From the human T2T-CHM13v2.0 reference genome, Homo sapiens, in assembly GCF_009914755.1 (NCBI RefSeq), contig NC_060930.1: a DNA stretch of 64,000 bases; one strand, given 5' to 3'. This document shows, piece after piece, positions 51,809 to 64,000 of this stretch. Position numbers and translations under genes: made by a program. The notes beneath the pieces are model-generated. The model worked only from the letters and a program-made list of their open reading frames with translations, made no database searches and was not told the origin of the DNA. How positions within the stretch are numbered: the first letter of the stretch is position 1; each line of letters opens with the position of its first letter.

Positions 51809-52634
51809 CTTCTTTCCCTTTTGGGTTTGTTTTCATAACTGCTCAGTAAAAAGTGTTCTGTGTCATCTTTCCATTATTTTGGGCTAAATCATGTTAATGG
51901 CCAAGCCTGTCAGAATTCATTTGTTTTGAGTTAACTTCCTGGTGTCCAGTTCTCAGGAGTTGCAAGAATAGAGCTCTTCCCTCATGCAATCATCCAAAAT
52001 CCCAGGCCTCTAACCAGGATTGGGGAACACCACTGTTGGCCAAGAGCAGAAGGCTTAAAGCTCTGGTCATAGTCATGGCACTGTACAAGCTGTTCTTGTT
52101 CCCTACAAGAACATGGGAACTATTTGGATAATGGATTTATGAATTTAATTCTGATGGATTTTTATAAAGGAGCTAAAAATAAGCCTATATAATTTATTAC
52201 ATGTATAATCATATAATTTTAAATGTGTATAATTTATAATATTCATCGAAACATTTCTTTTTGGAAATTAAATTTCACTTTGGTCAAAATCATCTTACAA
52301 AACAAGATGACTCATGATGGTTCTAAATAATGTAAATCGGTGTCTGTAACTAATTAATGCTCTGGAGGAAGGAAATTCTGAGTTCTGACACAAAAGCACG
52401 TCTAAGTGGTATTGGTATTTTCAAAGTTTTTACTACAACCAAAAATATGTTCACGTGTACCTGTCTCCTCTTTACACTGCTTACTTTCTCTATCGCTTTT
52501 CCCAAATACGTCCCCAGTAACTTCCTCATGTTCTGTGCACCACCTCCAATCTTCCCCTAATGTGTATGAACTTGGTCATCACCAAAGAGGTGGAAAGGAA
52601 GAAGGGCATGTGCTAATATTAATATTGAGGTTTG

Positions 52635-53029
<395 letters not shown>

Positions 53030-54769
53030 TTAATAAAACTAAACAGGGTTATATGTTGAATAGACAAATCCTAAAGAGCAGAAAGGATTTAGTGGTTAGT
53101 GAAATTTCATTGACTTAAGATGAGTTGGATCCTCAAAATTAATATATTCTAAACAAAGTTCTATTTTTAAGCTGCAGTAATAATGCCGAATTTCTCTTAT
53201 AGTTAATTGAATGATTTATCCTGGTGTTGTCTCCTGGTAGTCACTGAAAAAGTCATTACAATCCTCACTTTCTCCCCTTTAATTCAAGTTCAGAATTCAT
53301 GTGTTTCTGTGACTTTTTTTGAGTTTATCTGCAGACAGCTGCCATTGAATAAACATGTTTATATAGGGCAGAAAAAGGCAGCCTGAAGATTCTACTTTCT
53401 ATTTCTTTTAGCACTGTTTGGCAGTTAACACCAACAGCGCTTCAGAATGAGGTATTGTCCAGCATACACCTTGCTTGTTCCTCTACAAAGCTTCTATTTT
53501 TGTTTTTTATTTGTTGTGAGGAAGCAAAGTGTAGCCTTTACTTGAATGAAAGCTACAGTTTTATTTTTCTTTCTTATTTACAAGAAATTCTTTTGATGAT
53601 TAAGTTAGCCAGATATGCCCCATGCGCTCATATTTCTTAACCTATTTTGAGCTGAGCTAGTTGCAAGGACTAGTTCTTCTGTGAAACCTCTGGCAGTCCA
53701 TAAATTCAAGTTCGTGTCCAGACGTAATGGTGAACTCAATATGTTGTATATTTGATATATGTTTGTTGCACACATGGAGAGAAAAGTTGCTACCATTGTG
53801 AAGTAGCTATGAAATCCGACAGTTCTAATTTCTTTATCTTCTGAGTACCCATGGAATAAAGGACCTCTTAGTGCCATAGCAAGGCAGAGGTTTAATTTGC
53901 AATTCTGGTGGCAACATCCAGGTATTTCAAGTAGAAATTAAGAAAACTTTACGGAAAAACTATCTCAGCACTTCAGTTTAACTATTTTTCAAAGTCCAAG
54001 GAGGGTTTTCCCCAGTGTAAAAGCAGAAATGAGAATTTCAGATCTAAAGCGGTTCTTGCCTTTTCTTTTCCCTCCATGCACATGTGCTGACAACAGAAAG
54101 TAAAATTTGAAAAGAAAACCCAGGCTAGAGCATTGGGGTCACTCATTTCCCATCCAGCGAAGGGAGAGCTGGTGCCTGGCTGGGGGAGGTTAGGAAGGCA
54201 AGTCTTGGGATCTGATCACTCGGCTGGGAGTGGGTAAAATACCTGGACCTCAGGAGGCCGGATTGCAGCGCCAGTGTTCTCTACCTGTGTGGCCTGTTCC
54301 TGCCTGGGGTTGGGTACCAAGTCCAGGTGGAAGTGGTCCCTGGAGCATCCTCTCTCTGAAGTGTTTCTTTGTCAAACAGAATACTCCCTGCTGCTGCCCC
54401 AGAACTCATCACTGTTGACACATGGACCAAGAACTAGCAGAGGAGGTGATTTATAATCTCTAAATGAATTGCTCTAAAAGAGACAACAAGCTCTCTGACT
54501 TAAGTAAAGGAAGGGAGGGTGGGTGGAAAGGAAGGAGGATCATAAAGAACATTCTAGATTGCATACTTTGGTAATCACAGCAGGGCCTTATTGCAGTTAG
54601 AACAAAAGCCTGGACACACTTACCTCTCAGTTCAGGAAAATAATTTAGAGCTACTTGTTAAATGCTGGAGTATTATTGAAGTACCAAGTGTTAAGATTTT
54701 CACTGAAAGCAAAACTGACCAAGCAGCTCAGCTAGGGAAATGCTATGTGATCAGTTGATTGTTTGATGA

Positions 54770-54950
54770 GGAGTATGGAGCAGGGACTTTGGCAGAGGTT
54801 GCTAGCAGACAGGCCTTGGTTTTAGTCCAAGCTCTATCGCTTAATAGCTGTGTGACCTTGGGGAAAATTATAAAATTTTCCAGTCCTTAGTATCATAAAC
54901 TGTAAATGGAGGAGAAAGATGCCTCACAGATGTTGAAGGTGAAGTGAGAC
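54770..54950. mobile_element. MIR
   Basis: agctgtgtgaccttgggga..ctgtaaatgga. Confidence 0.7.
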
Positions 54951-55424
54951 AGGACACCTAGTACATTGCCTGGCTACATAGAAAATGTTTCACAAATGTT
55001 AACTTGAGGCCCTCTCCCCATGCCTCGGTCTCTTAGAATGGTTTTTCCCCATCGTGTGCACACTGAGCGGTAAGGCGGACAGCTGCCGCCGCCCATGCTG
55101 CCCCGTGTTGAGAGCATTTCTGTTGACCTTCCCTTCTTCCCTGTGAAGCTGGTTCAGCAGTCACCTCATCACTGTTTTTCTTCTCCAGAGAGTGCTGGGT
55201 TGTAGCGACCATACTGTTGACGCAACACATCCCAACCACGCTGGACGGAATTTTTACTGCGATAATTCATATTCCAGGATCTTACAGTGCACAGGGTTAC
55301 AACGATTAGCATAATGATCTTGCACAATCTTTCTGCCTAGCATGTAGTGCATTCGTAATATTCTCAGAGGAGGCGTCTAGAAAGCGCCAGGCTCCTTCCT
55401 CCTGCGTGAGCCACTGCAAGCTGT

Positions 55425-55626
55425 CGGCGCCTCAGTGCTATGGAGACCTTGGGTGGATTATTCCTTGTTGGCGGGGGGAGGGTCCCAGCTGTCCTGTGCA
55501 TTATAGGATATTTAGCAGCATCCTTGCTAGATGCCATTTACAACAATCAAAAATGTCTCCAGGCATTGCTAAGTGTCCAGGTGGGGAGCGGAATAGGCAG
55601 AACCGCCTCCAGTCGAGAAGGGCTGA
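55425..55626. mobile_element. MER20 hAT-Charlie relic
   Basis: ctgtcctgtgcattataggatatttagcagcatcc..caatcaaaaatgtctccaggcattgc. Confidence 0.85.
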
Positions 55627-55729
55627 ACTGTACTTAGGATTTGTGATTCTGCAGAAATGGGTTCTGTGAATGCACTAAAGCATGAGAACATCCAAAAATC
55701 AGTGTGGCACAGAACTGAATTCAAATTTA

Positions 55730-56182
<453 letters not shown>

Positions 56183-56644
56183 TCATGTTAAAAATGTGCC
56201 TGTGGCTGTTTCTCCACTAAATGAAGACACTGGCACACAGATGATTGTGTGTAAACACTAGGCAAGACACTAGGCACAATCGTAGGGGTTCAGTAATTAT
56301 TGAATGAGAAGAAAGAAAGGTTGTTCTTGAATTCTGTGATGTGAGTGTTTAATGATGTTTTTGAGGAGAATGCCATATGTAGCAGACAGAACCCTGGGCT
56401 GGGCATCAGAGGGACCGGGGGCACCACACTGGGCTTTGTGTCATTATCTCCAGAAAGTAACTGGCCTGGTGCACAGGAGAAAGTTAGAGTACATTGTCCA
56501 TACAGTTCCCACATAGCTGTAGGGTTTTATGAACCCATATTTTAAAGGGCCTTCTAATGAAGTGAGGATGTTAATGCTTTTTTTTAAAAAAAAAAAAAAA
56601 AAAGAGAGAGAGAGATTGGTGATTACTTTAAAATCTGAGTCCTG

Positions 56645-56983
<339 letters not shown>

Positions 56984-58135
56984 TTAAGATGTAGAAATCG
57001 TCTCTCCCTCCCTGAAGAATATCATGGATACTACATTTGCCTGCCAGGAATGTTGTGTTGTTCTGGTGTTCTCGTTTCTGCCGTTATCATTGTTTCTGCT
57101 TAATTTTTACAACACAACTCTGGCCGCACCCGTGGATGATCATGGAAAGGCAGCTGCCTGGCTTTCCAGAATTGTTTTGACTCTCCATCTGAACCCAGAG
57201 CTCTGTTTCCTGTACAGGTTGCTAGCAGTATTTACCCAAATTGTCCCTTCCCAACTCAGACCCACTGACCCTTCCTTTCTCAGCTGATTACGGGTTTAAG
57301 TTTGAATCAAACCATGCTATAGAATCACTATCTAGCAGCTTCTGTGCTTGCACAATAAGAGTATTAGTCAGCGTTTCCTGTTTTCATTCATATTGTAAGT
57401 TGAATAGCTGTAACAAAAGGGAAAGAGATTGCCAAGACAAATAATTCTTATGGCTTGTGCAAACAATTTATTACAAGCCTTATTAAATATGCAGCTTTCA
57501 GAAGTCTACGTGATATGCCTTTCAGCAAAGCTAAATCCTACTATGTGGACTTGCTTCATGACTTAAGAACAAGTCTATATTGAATTTAACATTAAATAAT
57601 TATTTGGCCTGTATCTCTTTTAAGCTTTGTTAAGAACTGCAAATATGATAAGGGAATAAATTGCTCATTTCAAGTCACTAAGAAAACCTAACCTATAGGT
57701 TATATATGTTGGCAGTTCCCAAGAAGTACCTAGGAAATGGAACCTTCCTATAAGAGTGGTTTGTCCCCTTCTCACGAGATGGATCTTCATATCAAGGCCC
57801 CCTAAGGCACAGATACACAGCACTCCACAGTGTCCAAGTTCGTAGTAATTGGTGGCACCTTATTAAAGTAGTTTTTACTTTCATAATTACTGATTACACA
57901 TCAGCATACCTTTTCCATGTTCTGTTTCCTTGGCAGCCTGATATTTGAATACAAACGACATAAAAGTGATTACATGCAGCATTTCAGGACAGTTTTCAAA
58001 CTGAGAGAATTTGGCACTTTCTTTTATTTTCTTCCCATTCTTCGTCTATTTCCTTTGCATTTGGAAGCCAAACTCCTCGAACCTTTACTTCTGCATGTTG
58101 TTTTCGTCCCCTAGCTAGAGTTCTCTTTATTACTA

Positions 58136-58375
<240 letters not shown>

Positions 58376-58589
58376 AATATGAAATTAAGCTTAGCTAGCC
58401 TGTGTAGATGTTTTAGATGGTCATATCTTTATCGGATATGACATTTATGCCTTTCAGTAAAACCATTGTAGTATTGTAAGAAAAAAAGGGAAGTATGATA
58501 GGGAGGACTAAGAACATATTTGTACTTCTATGTAATGCTATTTTATGTGTCTATTTCCATTGAAGTGTGGCCTTGACATCACTGGCTCC

Positions 58590-59130
58590 CAAGTCCCATC
58601 CTGTTTTTTCATTGACCTGCTTGTGCCAGGTACTGCGTTAGGAAGTGGAGCTACCAGATGAATAAGGCGTGGTCCCGCCCTCCATGTGGGAGACGGCACG
58701 TCAGTGTACTTAGGATGCTGCATGTGGTGACAGATGAGGGCCCTGCAAGGGAGCACACCACAGGGCCGGGAGGGTGGGATGGGCGGGAGGAGTAGCCAAC
58801 TTTGCCCGAAAGCATCAGGACAAGCTTCCAGGAAATGGCACATCCAAGCTGAGTCTTGGACAGCGGGTTAAAGAGGCAGAGAGGGGAGAGAGGAATGTTC
58901 CACATGGGAAAAGAGGTCTGGAGGTGACAACAAGTAACATAGAGTATGTGGGCTGTGCCGGAAGCTTGATATTACAGAGGCACGAAGTCTGAGGCAGGGA
59001 GTGTGAAGGAAGATGAAGGTAGGGGAAGGAAGTTTACACAAGGGTGGCCTTGACTTTTATATTAAGGCACTTTAGGGAAGCAGGAACCACTGAAGACAGG
59101 AGAACATGGTGACTACACGGGCGCATTGAA
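58590..59130 (-). mobile_element. L2 fragment
   Basis: tgtgccaggtactgcgttagg..gatgaataagg..ggtcccgccctccatg. Confidence 0.7.
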
Positions 59131-60979
59131 GGGGGGAGGAGCTAGGTTTTTGAAGGGAATTTGAGCTTGCAATTTTTCAAGGGCATTCAATGGTTATAAA
59201 TGAAACTTTTCATTAATATATTTGTGTCCAAGTGTTTTTAGATGTGCTTTTCTGCTACTCTCTTTTTATTTGGTTTGGAGATAGATGGTGACTTTCCTTC
59301 AGTGCCTTCTATGTGTCTTGACATGTTAATGTCTCAAACACATGGTCCGTATCATCATGGAGCTTGCAATCTAACAGGGTAGTTTAACACATAAATATGC
59401 ATCCAGTTGGAAAGAACTTAGAGATCACTTGATCAGCCCCCGTTATGTAAAATGTATGCAACAATCTACCTCCAACTATAGGGCGACATTAAACAGTTTT
59501 TCAAAATACCATGGCATTGAAAAAAATGCGTAACATTTGGGTTACTTCAGTCCCACTCCCCGGTACTAATCAGGCCAGTGAACCAGTCTTGCTGGTGAAA
59601 TAATGACTTCTCCAGTCATGATGGATGATTTCCCTTCATCATGACCATTTCTTCCCTGGCTCTGCCTTTACCTATGAATCTCTTCTTTCCTCCCTCTCCT
59701 TCCTCCTCTTGGTCTCTGCCTGCCATACCCAACTCCACATTTCTCTGCTTGGAAAAATCCTACTTGATTCTCAGAGCCTGACTCCATCACCCCCTCTCTC
59801 CAACCCTCCCAGGCAAACTCCGTCCCTCCCAGTGTGCCGCCCTCCAGCTCTCTCTAGTTGAATAGCAGATGTTCTCTCTCCCACTTCCCTGCAGGGCTTC
59901 AGGGTAGTGACCCTAAGAGTGAGCTTCTACCAGTGAGAAAAACGCCTGGATGGAGCAGGAATTCCCACAAATGCTTAGGAATTCAATATGATTTTTAGCA
60001 AGTGGGAGAATTATCCTTTTGGTTACAAAGATGTGAACTATTTTTGTGAGTTCTCAGTATGCACCAAGAAAAACCCCAGTGACTCAGTAATGTACCTGTG
60101 CCGTCTCACTTAACCCTTCCAACAAGGAACTTGCCAAGGTGCACAGCTGGGAGGGATCCGGGGTCCCGTCCGTGTGCTAACCTGCAGGACAGCGCCGCAT
60201 AATCCAGTACTGGGGCCTTATTGTCCAGCCTTCCACCTCCAGGAGCCCACTCAGTGATGACTTTTGACAAAAGTCACCCGGATTATCCCTCTTTTGGGGT
60301 CCATGATGCCACCAACGGCTAAAGTTAACAAATGCATTACCAGGAGGTACCACTGAGGTAAGGATTGTTACTGTAAGTGATTTTCTCTGATTTTGACCAC
60401 TACAAGTAAAATCACAAGATTTGTCCCAAATACTATATAAAGAGGAATGTCTTTTATTTCTCGAAATTGTTCTGCCACTTTGTTTGTTCAAATAACACAT
60501 AATAAAGGATAAATGGCTTGTAGCTATATTTATCCAAATTGAACATTTTTGATGTAATTTTTTTAATTTGTCAAAAGCATATCAATGGTCATAAAAATTT
60601 TTTATGTCCTCTGGCCCTATTACCTTACCCTTGGGAATTTATTCCAAGAACGTAATTTGAAAGAGATTAAAGCACATAGGCACAAATATTTTCAGTGCAG
60701 TATTGTTTATATTGGAAACAACCCAAATGTTCAGTAACAGGGGGAACAATTTTGTAAATCTTGCTACAGCAACTTAACAAAATTATAAGCTGCCACTTAT
60801 AATTGTAAATTTTGAAAGTTTGTAGCACAGCAAGGAAACTGATCATGTTAAATGTTTCTGATATCTTAGTTAATTTTTCTCCCGCCAGTTCCGATCGGTG
60901 TCCTGGTCATACCGTCAGCATATAAGTATGTATTTCATAAACATTTACTTTGTATTAACTCAGTAGTATTCCCTTCCTA

Positions 60980-61152
60980 GAGTGGTTTGCTTCCCAGATT
61001 GTAATGGACAATCATCTCACCTGGGGATCTTGTAACAATGTGATTCTGATTCTGTAAACTTTGTGGGGAGCCCAAGATTCCACATGTCTTAGAGGCTCTC
61101 AGATACTGCTGATGCTGTTGATCACGAATCACGCATTGAGCAGCAAGGTCCT
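60980..61152. mobile_element. MER5-like relic
   Basis: tcacctggggatcttgtaa..gattctgattctgta..gctgatgctg..ttgagcagcaagg. Confidence 0.75.
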
Positions 61153-61376
61153 AGAGCTCTTTGTGTATGAAGAAGATACTACTGACCCAGTGCCTCGCTA
61201 TCTTGAAAGGCAGCTGTGACCTTTCTAGCAACTGAGGGGGTGGGGACTAGAAACGAGTGTTTTCTGGTGTTTCTCTAATAAAGCTGCTGTCTTGTATCCA
61301 GATTGACCATCAGTATCCTTATGCCCTTCAACTAACTTGAAATTTGTCAGTTAACAGAAATTACTGGGTGGCACTA

Positions 61377-62120
<744 letters not shown>

Positions 62121-62394
62121 GCTTCACTGTGAGTTATGATATGGGAAGAAAAGTCTTGGCCTGGCCACCACAAGGAATCCCTCAGGCCTGGCGGTGGGAA
62201 GCAGAGGAGGGCGCAGTCTCTTTAGGGCAGAAAGTGAAGAACATTTCTATGACAATGGGGAAATCAGTTCACCTTTGTGTTGGTAAACAAAAGGAATGTA
62301 AGCTGTCCTTTGAGCTCGAATCATAGTGGTGATTGCCAAAACCTACCTTTGTTTTTAGAAGATAATAGCACATATTCCACTTGCTTCCCCACAG

Positions 62395-62534
62395 TGACCG
62401 AAGCTGGCTTTGGTGCTGACATCGGAATGGAGAAATTCTTCAACATCAAGTGCCGAGCTTCCGGCTTGGTGCCCAACGTGGTTGTGTTAGTGGCAACGGT
62501 GCGAGCTCTGAAGATGCATGGAGGCGGGCCAAGT
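62395..62534 (+). CDS. MTHFD1L: MTHFD1L coding exon F (140 nt, phase 1 to 0): (V)[46 protein letters not shown]
   Basis: cttccccacag acceptor, AGT|gtaagt donor; [10 protein letters not shown] and FTHFS signature [12 protein letters not shown]. Confidence 0.97.
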
Positions 62535-63529
62535 GTAAGTGCCCACACCGCCTTCCTAATACCAAAGAAATTTCATTATGTTAAAACAGAATTGAGCATT
62601 TGAAAAATTCCTGCCCATTTAATGACTATAGTTTTCTAGAGTATTTTTCTTAAAACTTTTTTTTTCCTGTAGACCTCCCTCGTGGACATCTAAAACGTTT
62701 TTTGTTTTGTGTTGTTTTTTGTTTTTTCCCAACACCACCATAGGGCACTTTGAGTTTAGTAAGTTCGAGTAAACAGTAACACCCACAGTTCTTTCTAAAC
62801 AATATTTTGGAAAGGAGCATAATGCAACCACTTTTTAGTCTCAAGCTTCACATCTGATACTCAGGCCAAGATTGTATAACCATATGGTAATGGGAGGTTA
62901 GAGGCTCTTGTCCCTGAACGAAGAACAAGAGGATTAGAGTGAGTTCTTTGATGACAGAGATTTTTCATTGTTTGTACAGATAGTTTTTCGGTTCACTGAT
63001 GCTGCAACTCATCAGATTTCATCTAAAACTATTTTCCTTCTCTTTCTGTTTATTATGATTTCTCCTCACAACTCTGTTATAATACTGGATTGTTTCTAAG
63101 AGCTTTGCTTGGAAAACACAAATTCGATTTTAACTTCTTTAAAGACTTTTTATATTTACCTATCCTAATATATATAGAAATTACAGACATTATAAAGGAA
63201 ATATATTCCTTTCCACAGAAAACCTGTGCATAGATTTTTGGGGGTTTTTTTGTTGTTGTTTGCTTGTTTGTTGTTTTTTTGTTTCATTTTTAGGAATTTC
63301 CAAGTGGAGAATAAGACATTTTATACTGATTAATCATTTTGAAATAAAATAAAATTTCTCTATCATAATATTCACATATGAGACGAACTGCCAAATCTGA
63401 TTTCTTAATTGGTATACTGTACTGTGTATGTGACAAAAGTCATATATTCAATGATTATTGCATAGTCAAAACAAGTAGCAGGTTTGCCATCATGAAACGC
63501 TGTAAAGCAATTCTTTCTCCTGGGAGAGG

Positions 63530-63670
63530 TGGACATGATTTTTATACCATTTTACAGATAAGGAAGCTGAGTTTTGATAGGCTTAGGGAATATGGACAAT
63601 GTCAGCAGGCCAGCAGAGAGCCGAGAACTTCAGATCTAAATCTCCTACTATGTCCACCATGCAGAGCTGG
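63530..63670. mobile_element. MIR
   Basis: ccattttacagataaggaagctgag. Confidence 0.7.
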
Positions 63671-64000
63671 ATGTTAATGAAGGGCAGAAGTTTTCTAAAT
63701 CCAAATCCACTCCTAATACCCGACACTTAAGCACTTCATTTTTGCCTAAAGCTTCATCATCATTTCAAATGCAAGAATGATATAATACAGATTAAAAGTA
63801 GTAAATCATAAAGAATTCTGACTTCACTCAAAACACCCCTTGTTGCTACAGTCCTTCCTGGATTTTAGACATTGAATCTGTATAACAACTTCTATTTTTA
63901 AAAACTACTTCCGCCCATGTAGGATGCATTTGGAATTCTCCCTCCCTGCCCTGCCACCCTGAAAATTATAGAAAGGGCTTAGAGATTGTCTGATCTCATT

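Overview
Primate (very likely human) genomic DNA lying wholly inside one + strand gene: MTHFD1L, the mitochondrial monofunctional formate-tetrahydrofolate ligase. Six GT-AG coding exons (1590-1692, 8551-8627, 12831-12971, 17527-17595, 24503-24614, 62395-62534; 642 nt) splice in frame into 214 aa of the FTHFS domain, including the [12 protein letters not shown] signature. From memory these are about exons 16-21, but that numbering is unverified. The rest is intron, one of 37.8 kb, containing about 48 Alu copies or fragments (many with visible target-site duplications), an MSTA solo LTR, an MLT1-like LTR, DNA-transposon relics (MER119, MER58, MER1B, MER20, MER5, Tigger4), and L1, L2 and MIR fragments. 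Apart from two ORFs and a few fragments overlapping these exons, the ORF track is repeat-derived or chance. I see no evidence of a new multi-gene system. The best leads are RNA-level or evolutionary: inverted-Alu-flanked exon blocks that would give stop-free circRNAs, candidate poison and alternative splice sites, a set of competing hairpins at ~25.95 kb, an old templated duplication of an LTR junction, and a CpG-rich ATF/CEBP-motif patch. Repeat boundaries and subfamily names were read by eye and are approximate.
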